Shown: positions 49,988-60,002 of the stretch, piece by piece
Position numbering within the stretch: position 1 is the stretch's first letter
How the letters are laid out: each line of letters starts with the position of its first letter
IMG/VR virus record: IMGVR_UViG_3300030108_006260
Coordinates: 124,001-188,000 of that record
DNA: 64,000 nucleotides
Reading direction: 5' to 3' (one strand)
The notes under the pieces: generated by a model
Told to the model about the DNA's origin: nothing
Seen by the model: the letters and a program-made list of their open reading frames with translations, nothing else
Database searches by the model: none
Program-made: the position numbers and the translations under genes

Positions 49988-49988
49988 T

Positions 49989-51386
49989 TTACACTACCGT
50001 TAAACTAGAGGATGACGAGTTTTGAAGCTCAGAGTGAAGCTGTACTATATAGTTAATCAGTGCAGTAAAAACTGGTATAGTTCCGGCGTAAGGGGTAGCC
50101 GAAAAACCCGAAACAGTTGCCAATTGACTAGACACTAAAGCATTCAAGGGTGTAAGAACGGAAGAAAACTCCGGGCGTAGTCTAAGAACAGGAAGTGCTC
50201 CTATGGCACCCGTAGGAGAGTCGGCACCAGGACCCATAGAGATACTGCTGCTTGCCAGAGCGATAGAAGACCCCCCAAGAACGGCAGATCCTCCTGAAGT
50301 GGCAGAGAAAGACGTGTCTGCTGTGAGCTTAATAAGGGGTGAAGATATTTCTGCTGTAACACCAGAATCTACAGAAAAAGAGTTAGAGGGTTCGGCTAGG
50401 AAATCCGTTGATTCAAAACTTACAGTGCTGTCAACGTCATAAAGGACATTCCTACCAACATTGTGTACTTCGTCTCTTCCCAGTACTATAGTAATGTCAG
50501 TCTGTTCCACGTTTATACTAAGTCCATAGGAGGAGTCACTAGGTATAGCAACAGAAACATTTCCCTCCTCGTCCACTTCTGCCACTGTGTCTTGGGAGGT
50601 AGCCGATCCCCAGCGAGTGATGCTACGAAGTTTCTTCCCTGTTACAGATGAAGTCTCCTCCTCTCCAGAGTCGGATATTACATGTCCTTCTCTATGGTCG
50701 ACTAAGGTAAAAGGAGAGGCTTTACTTTGAATGTTACGTAGATATTCCTTTGCAAATACAGAGCCTTCTGTATTTGTTGGGGTTACTTTTATAAATTTGT
50801 CTTGAGTAGAATCTGACTCGTTGAATCTCTTAACTACGCCAAAGCGTACTTCACTGCTTACTGTCCCGTAGAAATGATCTAAGGATCGTGTAATAACAGT
50901 AGGGGCCTTAGAAACTATGTCTAATCCTTCTACACTCATAACGTGAGTCAGGGGACCAGCACGTAAAGACATTGTACCTCCCTGCGCTAAGTGCTGCTCT
51001 GCTATACCAGGGCTAGCCAGTGAGATCTCCCCCTCACGTAACCTTCTGTAATAGAACTGACTGTCGTCATAAGTAGCAGTCAGCCTACTCTGAGAGGAGT
51101 TTTCTGCAAGATAGGCAGACACGTAAGGCTCCCCTCCATCCACCCGCGAGTTTACTATCATCCTAGTAGTACGCTCAGGCATGACACGTATCCAGCTATT
51201 AGGCCCCAGGTAAGGGTGAGTAATAGGTATGGTACGTCCTGACCTCGGACCGTCAAAGGTAATTTGGTCTTTCTCTGGGTTAGTGTTGACTAGAACAACG
51301 CCGTAAGGACGCGTAGCATAAGCTTCATTAGAAGCCTCACGTTGTGCATTGTGATGGAGTATTCTTGCAGCTCTTCCCGATGTCAT
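49989..51386 (-). CDS. Baseplate central spike (gp5/gpV-like)
   Basis: OB-fold-like N-terminus and repetitive beta-strand C-terminus; directly after the hub gene. Confidence 0.6.
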   Translation of the reverse strand: MTSGRAARILHHNAQREASNEAYATRPYGVVLVNTNPEKDQITFDGPRSGRTIPITHPYLGPNSWIRVMPERTTRMIVNSRVDGGEPYVSAYLAENSSQSRLTATYDDSQFYYRRLREGEISLASPGIAEQHLAQGGTMSLRAGPLTHVMSVEGLDIVSKAPTVITRSLDHFYGTVSSEVRFGVVKRFNESDSTQDKFIKVTPTNTEGSVFAKEYLRNIQSKASPFTLVDHREGHVISDSGEEETSSVTGKKLRSITRWGSATSQDTVAEVDEEGNVSVAIPSDSSYGLSINVEQTDITIVLGRDEVHNVGRNVLYDVDSTVSFESTDFLAEPSNSFSVDSGVTAEISSPLIKLTADTSFSATSGGSAVLGGSSIALASSSISMGPGADSPTGAIGALPVLRLRPEFSSVLTPLNALVSSQLATVSGFSATPYAGTIPVFTALINYIVQLHSELQNSSSSSLTVV

Positions 51387-54300
51387 CCTTCTAGTTCCGT
51401 TCTTCTTCTATAGGCAGCACGTGCTTCCGACTGACGAATTCTACGCTGGTCGTCCAAAGGCTCTCCTGGCTGGCGGGGAACCGTTCCTTCGTAACTTGAA
51501 GGAGGGCATTCATCTGGAGGAACAGCATCCCTATAAAGGGCAATTTGCTGTTGTAGGAGTGCTCTCTTTCTCTCAAGCCTCTCCAGCTTCCTTTCGTTGG
51601 ACGAAGTTATCTGTCGTTGCTGTCTCAAAATACGCTGAGACTGTCTCTCCGTGGCATTACTAGGGAGTTCAGGAATAGGATCTAAGGTCAGTCCTGACGG
51701 AGTTTCTGCCTGAGTTACCGTGGGTATTCCTTTAAGTAAGAAATCTTCAAAATACTGCCTCTGGGTTACAAGAGAACCTTTAGAGCTTCCTCCCCTAAGT
51801 TCAGCACCGGCAAACGGATCGTCCTCTACACAAGAAGGGCTGTAGAACAAGAAGGCACGTGGTACTTGGTATCCTTGTGACGAAGATCTTAAGAAAGAGA
51901 GGGAAAATCTCCTAGCTAGGTCCGGAGATATGTGACCTATCGAGTTCCTAGCATTTCCTATTCCTGATACACATCGTGTGCTTGCAAGAACTTTACCTGA
52001 AGGAAGTTGTGACAATAGCTGGGATCTCTCGGACGTTCCTTCATCTATAGATAGGGATGAATCATTTGATATGAGAGCCTGACGGGCAGACACAGCGAAG
52101 AATCTCTTGGTAGCATTCTGCGCTCCCACATAGCGAGAATACGCTTCTGACCCTGCTATGGCGGCACACTCAAAGTGTAGGTGTGCCCGTGCGATTGAGG
52201 TAGCCTCACGCCCTGGCATTCCTATCTTAGCAATAGACTGGTTTCTCTTTACCTCATCTCCTATAGAAACCGAGACATCTTTAAGATGTCGGTAAAACGT
52301 AGCGTATCCAGCCTTGTGAAGTATACCTACGCTCTGCCCTTTACCGGAGTCGTCCACTATATTTATTACGATTCCGTCAGCAACAGAGTACACAAAGTCC
52401 CCCAAAGTAGCAGGAAGGTCGACACCAGGGTGCCAGCTATTCCTTCCCCTTCTTCCAAAAGAGCTTGTGACAATACGGGGAAAAGCACCCCTGGTCTGGA
52501 ATATTCCTACGGAGGAGCTTATACCATCAAGGGGGTCACTTATGTCTCCTCTCGCGTACCTGATAAGAAAGTCAGACCTTCTTCTTCTTGTGAGGTTCAA
52601 ATCACGGTCAATAGCATTAAACCAATCAGCAAACTTTGGAACAACAGACAGAGACTGCCTTCCTAGAGGGTGACTAAACATGTTAGGGTCACCAGGAAAA
52701 CAGGGCTCATCTTCGGAAGGAGGAGAAGCCGGGGTACGGTCAACTTCCTCGTGGTCTTCTAGAGTAGATCTTACACCAGACCTTCCTCTATCAGGGTTTG
52801 TTCCCTCAGGACCCTGTGTAGGATTGATAGTACTAGACCTATCTGATATCTGAGATCTAGCGTCCTCCACTAGACGAGCACACTCTTCTAACTGCTCATT
52901 GATCTCTTCCTGGGAGAAGGAGCCAGAGTTAAGTGCTATTTCCGTACAGAACTCCTGGGCACGCTGTAGGGTTGAAATTACCTCGTCCTCTGCTCCTTCG
53001 GGGAGATCAGACTGGGACCATATAGCAGCGCTAACAACGTTATAAGAGGACTGTCCTTGTGGAAGGATTGCGTTATACTGGTCCCGTAGCTGTGAGAGGT
53101 CCGCCTGGGTTATTGGAGAGTTAGAATCACGTAAAGAGCTTATGGCGTCAGAGAAGGTGCTTATACGACGAGATAGACTAGTTAAAATATCAGCTGCCCC
53201 TCCTCTCCTCTCACCAAAAAACATAGGCTGAGAGGGTCCTCCCGTGATGAACCTGGGTATCCCGAGTTCGTCTATGCTTCTAGTGTAGTTGAGTGTTATG
53301 GAATAATCCGGAACAGTAGAGCCTGCTACTGACCCCGAGGTAACGGGTAAGGACCACCTGATACTATCGATTAGTGCATACCTCTCCCGGTATGCATTAA
53401 AGATCGGTTTGTTTAACAGCAACCACGGACGAAACGCCAGGCTTATCTGATAGTTGTCAGCAGCAGCCAAGAGCTTCTGAAACTCAAGCATTGCTAGCTT
53501 CTCAAGCCTAATTATAGATGTAATCTGGAAATAATTTCTTACCTGAACCTTGATCCCGTGCCGGGAAGCAAGACTAGGACTCCACACGCCCACAGTCTTA
53601 GCAGGATTGTAGTTTCTTAATTCCGTTCCCTCCGATACGTCGGCTCTACCCACGAAAGATCCATTAGCAACAACAGCAGTAGTTATTTCGTTTCCTTCTT
53701 CATCAAAGGATTCACTAAGGAGGTGATGGTCTAAAGTAAGAACCTCTTTGTAGGGCCCATAGTCCCGTGGATCAAAGTCATACTGAGCAAACTCAAATAT
53801 CAAATCACCAGTTCCAGAAACCCAGAACCTGTAGTCTACCTTGTCACATGCGTCACTTATCATGTGAAGTCGGTTAGTCCAGTTCAGGTTAGTAGCGGCA
53901 TTTGACTGTGAAATTAGGCCAAGCTCGTCTATAAGACCTAGAGTAGGTGATTGACGAGAGGGATAGATCATGTTTACTGTCTGAGCGTCTACCGCCCACA
54001 AACCTTCCCTTCTTGTCTCAACACCGGCAGCGTGGACCTCGTCCTCACTCCAGTATCGACGAAGTGATGGACTCTGGTCTAGTTGTCCGTCACGCACAGA
54101 CAGAGGACGAGTTAAGGAAGAAGTACCTACTAAGTCAGTACCCCCGAACTCTTGACTGGACACATTTATCCTCTTTGGAGATCCAAACAGGCATAGGTTA
54201 TACCAGTCCTCCCACCACTCGGTTATGGCAGAGGATCCTTCTTCTGCCCTAGGGTAGATGGCACCAGAAACAGCGTAGGGGGGTCGAGTTTCTCCTTCAA

Positions 54301-55870
54301 TTGAAGGTCTTCCCCACGGATATACCCCAGGACGCATCCTACCAATTCTTCCGGCGCCCCTAGATGATGTCGAAGTCAAAGGACGAGATTGTACAGGAGT
54401 CCCTTCGGTACCAGGAGGAGACTCAGGATTCTGGTCCGAACGAACCTGGTCCAGTTGAGAGTCGATAGGTCTAGATACAGAGGAGTCTTGCTCGGAAGGG
54501 TCTCCAGAGGAAACCCCAGTGTCCTCAATCTCAGACAGGAGGCTGTTGTACCTATCTCTATCAGAGTCGGACAGTCTTCCTCTTCTCTCCAGTTTTCTTC
54601 TCAAAAAATGAAGCTCTGAGGCGGCGCTCCTTGAATTTCTTCTTCTTTCTGCGACTATTCTTCTCTCAACTGTTGTTCCTGCACGAGCAACTAAACCTTG
54701 AGCGTTGTCTATGAAGGTAAGTGCAGCAATCATCTCCCTAAACTTAAGGGCAACCCAGGGGTTGGTATAGTTGTTACTAACTACAAGGTCCTGAAAAAAA
54801 GATCTGCTGAATTCTACGTTTGATTGCTCTCTGAATATCTGCAACCCTCTGAACGGCGTAGTATTAGTAGGGTCAGCCGCAGCAGTAGCTTGCTGGCCTG
54901 GAAGAACAGCCAGAACTGTGTTAGTGTTAACACGCATGCTGTGCATTATGTGCCGTATATCACTGCACGACACAGAGACTATATTTTCTCCTGTGATGTA
55001 GTTCTCTGAAGTCGGCTTGTTTACTATCAGACCGGTAAACACGGGTAGCCACTCATCTGAATCAGAAGCAGGGTTGTGTATCCACACCCTAACGTGGTCT
55101 TGTTTATGGAAAATACTAGACCAATAGTGCAAAGGAAATCGACGTCCCCCCGACTGAGGGTCTACAGGGTTAGATCCTGGGTTCTTCTTTCTGTCGTATA
55201 TTTCCTTCTTAGCTGTCTCATCGTAGTCGATATGTGCTCCGCGAGATCTGGAAGAAGATGCTACAGTACGGAACTGATCCAGTTGTATGTTCTCTGGAGT
55301 AAGAGTAAACTTGTGACCTGAGTTGTCCAGCCGTAGATCACATTTATTAGGGGAAGACCCAAGGCCATACGTAACAGATATTGAGCCTATAAGGTAGTCA
55401 CTTACGTCCTGGCCCTCAATGTACACTATTGCATCATGGTAAAATACCTGATGTGGTTGCTCTTTAAAGTAGTGAGGAGGGTTTACTGGAGAGGGAAAAG
55501 CTTCTCTCTCAGGTGTAGCGTCTCCTGATCTCCTTGGATCCGGGTCTTCCTGTCTGTATAACGAAGAACTTCCTGTACCAACGGCGTCTGGGTCTACTCT
55601 AGGGTCTGGGGACCTTCCCTGGTTTCCCTGTCCCGACCTCTCTCCCCTGATTATTCTAAGAGCCTGCTCCTCGGCGGACCTTCGTCTTTGAGAAGGGCTT
55701 TGGCCCCCTGCAAGAGGAACATCGTCAACAGAAGGATCTGGAGAAGGAACTCCGTCCGTAGAAGCCAAAGAAGCAGAAGAATACGAACTCAGGTTGTCAA
55801 GAACATCCTGACCTGAAGGTACTAACCTCTCAGCCTGGTCCCCGCGTATCTCTTTGTCGTCTTCGGCCAT
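51383..55870 (-). CDS. Baseplate hub (gp27/gpD-like) fused to an M23 peptidoglycan peptidase
   Basis: IVYIEGQDVS, C.LRLDN, VFTGLIV, DYRFWVSGTGDLIF hub motifs. M23 motifs WHPGVDL and AHLHFE at about 52170-52470. Confidence 0.8.
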   Translation of the reverse strand: MAEDDKEIRGDQAERLVPSGQDVLDNLSSYSSASLASTDGVPSPDPSVDDVPLAGGQSPSQRRRSAEEQALRIIRGERSGQGNQGRSPDPRVDPDAVGTGSSSLYRQEDPDPRRSGDATPEREAFPSPVNPPHYFKEQPHQVFYHDAIVYIEGQDVSDYLIGSISVTYGLGSSPNKCDLRLDNSGHKFTLTPENIQLDQFRTVASSSRSRGAHIDYDETAKKEIYDRKKNPGSNPVDPQSGGRRFPLHYWSSIFHKQDHVRVWIHNPASDSDEWLPVFTGLIVNKPTSENYITGENIVSVSCSDIRHIMHSMRVNTNTVLAVLPGQQATAAADPTNTTPFRGLQIFREQSNVEFSRSFFQDLVVSNNYTNPWVALKFREMIAALTFIDNAQGLVARAGTTVERRIVAERRRNSRSAASELHFLRRKLERRGRLSDSDRDRYNSLLSEIEDTGVSSGDPSEQDSSVSRPIDSQLDQVRSDQNPESPPGTEGTPVQSRPLTSTSSRGAGRIGRMRPGVYPWGRPSIEGETRPPYAVSGAIYPRAEEGSSAITEWWEDWYNLCLFGSPKRINVSSQEFGGTDLVGTSSLTRPLSVRDGQLDQSPSLRRYWSEDEVHAAGVETRREGLWAVDAQTVNMIYPSRQSPTLGLIDELGLISQSNAATNLNWTNRLHMISDACDKVDYRFWVSGTGDLIFEFAQYDFDPRDYGPYKEVLTLDHHLLSESFDEEGNEITTAVVANGSFVGRADVSEGTELRNYNPAKTVGVWSPSLASRHGIKVQVRNYFQITSIIRLEKLAMLEFQKLLAAADNYQISLAFRPWLLLNKPIFNAYRERYALIDSIRWSLPVTSGSVAGSTVPDYSITLNYTRSIDELGIPRFITGGPSQPMFFGERRGGAADILTSLSRRISTFSDAISSLRDSNSPITQADLSQLRDQYNAILPQGQSSYNVVSAAIWSQSDLPEGAEDEVISTLQRAQEFCTEIALNSGSFSQEEINEQLEECARLVEDARSQISDRSSTINPTQGPEGTNPDRGRSGVRSTLEDHEEVDRTPASPPSEDEPCFPGDPNMFSHPLGRQSLSVVPKFADWFNAIDRDLNLTRRRRSDFLIRYARGDISDPLDGISSSVGIFQTRGAFPRIVTSSFGRRGRNSWHPGVDLPATLGDFVYSVADGIVINIVDDSGKGQSVGILHKAGYATFYRHLKDVSVSIGDEVKRNQSIAKIGMPGREATSIARAHLHFECAAIAGSEAYSRYVGAQNATKRFFAVSARQALISNDSSLSIDEGTSERSQLLSQLPSGKVLASTRCVSGIGNARNSIGHISPDLARRFSLSFLRSSSQGYQVPRAFLFYSPSCVEDDPFAGAELRGGSSKGSLVTQRQYFEDFLLKGIPTVTQAETPSGLTLDPIPELPSNATERQSQRILRQQRQITSSNERKLERLERKRALLQQQIALYRDAVPPDECPPSSYEGTVPRQPGEPLDDQRRIRQSEARAAYRRRTELEG

Positions 55871-55904
55871 AATTTCAGTATATCAAATAATCCACCACCT
55901 ATAA

Positions 55905-55919
55905 TTTTAGTAGATAGCT
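55905..55919 (-). promoter_or_regulatory. Candidate late promoter AGCTATC-N3-TAAAA
   Basis: At the switch from replication genes to the baseplate operon; matches 18773-18787. Confidence 0.4.
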
Positions 55920-55925
55920 GGGTAG

Positions 55926-56441
55926 CTAAGAGGAAGCAGAGTCTTCTTTACTGTGTAATAAATCTATAATTCTGGGTAGATCGTACGGACGACAAGAGTA
56001 CCTAGTATGGTATGAGTCCCAAGGATTTATAAACGAAGTGTTTAGTACACCAATGGAAGGTATTCCCATAAACCCGGCGTAGGTTACTTCAGAAGACGAG
56101 AAGCTTTGCCCAAATTCTGAAATAACTACGTCAGATCTGCAAAGAATCCATAAATCCATTAGCACTGTATTTTCAGTAGAAGGGTCACTATCCCTAGACG
56201 TCATTATATCCTCAAAAGATGAAGACATAACAGCATCAAAAAGACGTGATACATAAGTTCCCTCGAAAAGAGGAGCTGCTTTTTCTAGGCGTAGTGAAGG
56301 GTCCCTACCGGAAACAGAAGAGGACAGTGAGGGTGAAACAGACCCTGACGATGCATAAAAAGTGTAGTCACCCAAAACGCTAGACCAAGAGTGGGGTCTA
56401 CTCATGGGGTTTCTTGCCAAATAAATAAGAGGTGAAGTCAT
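55926..56441 (-). CDS. Nucleoside 2-deoxyribosyltransferase-like protein
   Basis: IYLA..., DLWILCRSDVVISE...SSEVTYA..GIP.IGV...NPW. Confidence 0.6.
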   Translation of the reverse strand: MTSPLIYLARNPMSRPHSWSSVLGDYTFYASSGSVSPSLSSSVSGRDPSLRLEKAAPLFEGTYVSRLFDAVMSSSFEDIMTSRDSDPSTENTVLMDLWILCRSDVVISEFGQSFSSSEVTYAGFMGIPSIGVLNTSFINPWDSYHTRYSCRPYDLPRIIDLLHSKEDSASS

Positions 56442-57037
56442 ATCTTTGTCTTTAATCCCTTTCTACCGAACTCTCTTTCGATAAGAAGCGAAACTATCTG
56501 GTCAGTTTCTCCCTGGGATAAGAAACAAGATGAAAGGTGCTTTATCATGCATATTTCATCTAAGGATGTCATGATTCCAAGTACCTTATTAGGGTCAATC
56601 TCGCAAACACTGTCCCCCATGTTTGTATTAATGTCTAATATAGTGCTCTCGCTAGACTTTACGGCAGAAAAATATCCCTGCTGCCTAGATAGGCGGTCTG
56701 AAAGAGCTGAATATAGTATATTCTCATAAACCTGGTGAGGTATCTGGTGCTGCTCTTCTTTCTCCTCTAATATTCTAGACCTTATCCCGTCGTATAAGTC
56801 CATACCGATCTGGGCGGTCTCGTGAGAGTGCAGGTCCTCTAGCTCTTCAAGAGACTCCTTTAGAATGGATTCTCTCTTTTTCTTATCCTCGTCAGTTTCA
56901 CCTTCTGACGGAGGAGAAAACCTAGAAACAAGAGATGCCTTCTCTTTTTCGTACGTTCTGAACTCTTCCCTAAGCCTATTTTTCCACCTAGAGATCTCGT
57001 CAGTGGCATTAAATTTTTCCTTAAGAAAAGAACTCAT
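56438..57037 (-). CDS. Hypothetical helical protein (199 aa)
   Basis: Coupled ORF. Confidence 0.65.
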   Translation of the reverse strand: MSSFLKEKFNATDEISRWKNRLREEFRTYEKEKASLVSRFSPPSEGETDEDKKKRESILKESLEELEDLHSHETAQIGMDLYDGIRSRILEEKEEQHQIPHQVYENILYSALSDRLSRQQGYFSAVKSSESTILDINTNMGDSVCEIDPNKVLGIMTSLDEICMIKHLSSCFLSQGETDQIVSLLIEREFGRKGLKTKI

Positions 57038-57606
57038 AACTCTGTAGCCAATTTCTGGCCCCTCATTGCTTTAGTAAGACCCGCTTCGTATCGAAGCTCC
57101 TTGAGAATATCTACCTGAACACGAAGTATATTAAAAGACTGGTTTGCGTTTAGTACAACCCGCTGAGCTGCATCTAGTATTCTTGATATACGAATCAAAG
57201 CATCCTCGATCTCTGGGCAGGTAAGGGATACAATGCTTTGCCTCTGCGCATCGTTCTTAAGTCCCATAACCTCTCTTTTAGAGAAGAGGTGGGACCTGAC
57301 AATGGAGTGAAGTCTCTCTAGCTTGCTTTTATGGTTAGTGTAAACAAGGGAAATGTATGATGATCTGTCTTTTATTGAAAGAAGACGTGCTGACACCTCA
57401 AGACCAACAGATAGGTCAGCTGGCCCTTGAATCTGCCTAATACTGGTGTCCGCGTCTTCCATGTAAGGAAAGTAGCCGGATAGTTCTTTGATTAGAGAAA
57501 GATCGGCCTTGAACTTCTTTGCTGATCGCAAGGATGCCTCTACTACGGGATCCTCTCGATACTCGGACACTTTTACGGTCCACCAGTTGTCGTCTTTTAT
57601 ACTCAT
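57034..57606 (-). CDS. UvsY-like recombination mediator (tentative)
   Basis: Long helical protein of suitable size near RecA and SbcD. Confidence 0.35.
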   Translation of the reverse strand: MSIKDDNWWTVKVSEYREDPVVEASLRSAKKFKADLSLIKELSGYFPYMEDADTSIRQIQGPADLSVGLEVSARLLSIKDRSSYISLVYTNHKSKLERLHSIVRSHLFSKREVMGLKNDAQRQSIVSLTCPEIEDALIRISRILDAAQRVVLNANQSFNILRVQVDILKELRYEAGLTKAMRGQKLATEL

Positions 57607-57866
57607 AGAATCATAACCTGAACGTTAGGGGAGTTGATTGACCCTATAGAGTGAGAGACTGATTTTCTTATACATAGCCATGTTTCATTTTTCATAAGTA
57701 AATCACTCTCACCATAGTGAGCCTTTACAATAGGAGAAAACCACCGAATCAAATCATCTACTTTACCTTTGTATATGGAGGCATCTCCGTCGTCCCTCAC
57801 AATAAGAAGGACGTGTTTTCCTTGAGACAAAGCTTTCCATATAATGTTGTATGCGTCGTCAGACAT
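57603..57866 (-). CDS. Hypothetical protein (87 aa)
   Basis: Coupled ORF. Confidence 0.6.
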   Translation of the reverse strand: MSDDAYNIIWKALSQGKHVLLIVRDDGDASIYKGKVDDLIRWFSPIVKAHYGESDLLMKNETWLCIRKSVSHSIGSINSPNVQVMIL

Positions 57867-58893
57867 CTTGGAACGAAAGTAGTAAAGATTCTATTTCTTC
57901 TAGTGCCATATCCATAACAGTACCTTCAGCACCCTGCTGTTTAACTCCATCGATAAGTAGCTGCTTAAGTGATCCGCTCATATCGAGGCTCAGTGAGCTT
58001 AGTGTCTTTTTGACCTCATACTTCACTACGTTTGTAGGAATATCCTCGGAAACCAAATCAGACTTACTGTCTAAAACTAACTTTACGTAAGCGTTTGAAG
58101 GAACACTGTCACCTATTTTAGCTTTGACTAACTGGTTAGTATCAATAGGTATAAACTCAGGGGAGTCGGGGAAGTCAGTATCTACCAGTAGCACACCCTT
58201 AGGCCAATCACTGTCAAATCTAGTCTGGAGAGGACTACCTGGATAATAAGCACACGGACCTACCCTCTGCATCTTATGGATGTCACCTAGGGCCCAGTAT
58301 GTTACATCAAGAGACGGGTCAGGAGGAGACTCTCCCGTATCCATACGATAGTAATCTCCGGTAGAAAGCTTTATCTCTGTCTGAGAGCCACGAATAGTTT
58401 CGTGCGCAACCATAACGAAGTTTTTTGCCCCAGTAGCTATGCTAGACTCATGGAAATCTATAACTGCTTTCCTAGATTCCTCAGGAAAGCATCCCTTATT
58501 GTGAAATAGTAAACAAAAGACAGTGTCATCTATCTGGTGATAAGTAGTACTGTCAACTATTACGGAGTTGGACAACCTCTCATGCTTGCACAACATACTA
58601 AGGTAGTTAAGAGCAGTATAGCCGCTGTGGTCTACCAGATCATGATTGCCAGGAATAACCAGTATGTTGTACCCAGCAGCGTCATAATCAAGTATTTTAC
58701 GCTCTACAAGGTCCCTCTCTTCAGGGGAAGGGTCAGAAACATCAAAAATGTCTCCAGCAATGACCACAGTATTAACTCCTGCGTCTGCTGCTGTATCAAA
58801 AATCTGATCTAGGGCCTCCTCTTGTCTTTCGAGGAAGTTAGGCAAAAACCTAGACCCTCCTATGTGGAGGTCGCCTGTGTGTATGAACTTCAT
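57859..58893 (-). CDS. sbcD: SbcD/Mre11/gp47-like metallophosphoesterase nuclease
   Basis: IHTGDLHIG, IAGDIFD, IPGNHD, VAHET, ALGDIH, YPGSPLQ. Confidence 0.9.
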   Translation of the reverse strand: MKFIHTGDLHIGGSRFLPNFLERQEEALDQIFDTAADAGVNTVVIAGDIFDVSDPSPEERDLVERKILDYDAAGYNILVIPGNHDLVDHSGYTALNYLSMLCKHERLSNSVIVDSTTYHQIDDTVFCLLFHNKGCFPEESRKAVIDFHESSIATGAKNFVMVAHETIRGSQTEIKLSTGDYYRMDTGESPPDPSLDVTYWALGDIHKMQRVGPCAYYPGSPLQTRFDSDWPKGVLLVDTDFPDSPEFIPIDTNQLVKAKIGDSVPSNAYVKLVLDSKSDLVSEDIPTNVVKYEVKKTLSSLSLDMSGSLKQLLIDGVKQQGAEGTVMDMALEEIESLLLSFQDV

Positions 58894-59535
58894 TTATATA
58901 TTAGCTATTATTCTTTCATCCCGAAGATAGTTCAGTATGAGGGCCGACGCCTCTTCTCTTTTTATAAAAGATCTCTGCGTTCGGTCCCCATGTACATGGT
59001 AGCGACCCTCCCTAGACATCCACAGTCTGATATGACTAATACCTACCCTTTCAGTAGATAGTTGTTCTTTAAAGTGAACGAGAACAACAGGGTGTCTCTT
59101 ACATATTAGTACTAGACCAAACCAAGAAGCTACGCCCTCTTCTACCTTAAGACCTTTCTGGTTTATCACTACGAATATACTCTTGCTCTGAATTGCAGCA
59201 AGAACACGGTCATAGGCATGTTCGTCTATGGGTACCACACCTATAGCATCCCCTAAAAATCTGGCTAGTGGAAGAACATACCTGTGCTCCGCCGATAGTA
59301 TCTCTGTAGGGTGAGAAGGGTATGCATCCTGGGGACGGTAAGAGAAAGAGGGCTTCGAGTCTAGACCTATAATGTTAGGGTCGTCATTACCCATTTTAAT
59401 GGGTTTACCGTCAAAACCATACAAAGTAGTTTTGTCTGTCTTAGAAGAGGGGTCGGATCCCATGTACCCCTGGTCTACCATATCAGATGTAACTGAAGGA
59501 GTGCCAGAAAAATCAGGTCTTGTTTTTTCAGTCAT
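58894..59535 (-). CDS. Hypothetical protein (213 aa)
   Basis: Abuts the SbcD start. Confidence 0.65.
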   Translation of the reverse strand: MTEKTRPDFSGTPSVTSDMVDQGYMGSDPSSKTDKTTLYGFDGKPIKMGNDDPNIIGLDSKPSFSYRPQDAYPSHPTEILSAEHRYVLPLARFLGDAIGVVPIDEHAYDRVLAAIQSKSIFVVINQKGLKVEEGVASWFGLVLICKRHPVVLVHFKEQLSTERVGISHIRLWMSREGRYHVHGDRTQRSFIKREEASALILNYLRDERIIANI

Positions 59536-59999
59536 GATAGGCTCATTGAATCTAAGTATGATCTTAGAATTTTTCTAGCGGATTTAAGAGTCCTACACCT
59601 GGAAGTTATAAGCTCTCCGTCTATTTTTAGTGTTACACCAGAAACCCTGGTTCCCTTTGAATCATAGGTAGAACGTAAAGACCCTACCTGATCCCCACAA
59701 ACAAAAATAGTTAGTGGAGCCCACGTACAATAAAGCGAAGAACCCTTAGTTCTAGATTCAAAGTCTGTATATCCGAAGACCATGTAAGATGTTTTACAAA
59801 GGGTAGCTTCCTCTACAGAATCAATATCTTCCTGTAGGTATAGCTTCCAGCCAGAGTCCTTGCTCAAAGCAACAGCAGAAGACCACAATGAAGACTGAAA
59901 TCTTCTAACGTGGACCCCACAACGAGTGGCTCCAAAGTCAATAACACCAGGATTGTCTTCCAAAAAGACAAGGACTTCTGAGGGACAAAAAGAACTCAT
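59532..59999 (-). CDS. Hypothetical protein (155 aa)
   Basis: Coupled ORF. Confidence 0.6.
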   Translation of the reverse strand: MSSFCPSEVLVFLEDNPGVIDFGATRCGVHVRRFQSSLWSSAVALSKDSGWKLYLQEDIDSVEEATLCKTSYMVFGYTDFESRTKGSSLYCTWAPLTIFVCGDQVGSLRSTYDSKGTRVSGVTLKIDGELITSRCRTLKSARKILRSYLDSMSLS

Positions 60000-60002
60000 G
60001 TT

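Noticed and set aside
42342-55870. Bacterial extracellular contractile injection system or T6SS
   Set aside because: The baseplate genes are continuous with phage replication genes (PolA, RecA/UvsX, SSB), and no host housekeeping genes or Afp-type ATPase are seen.
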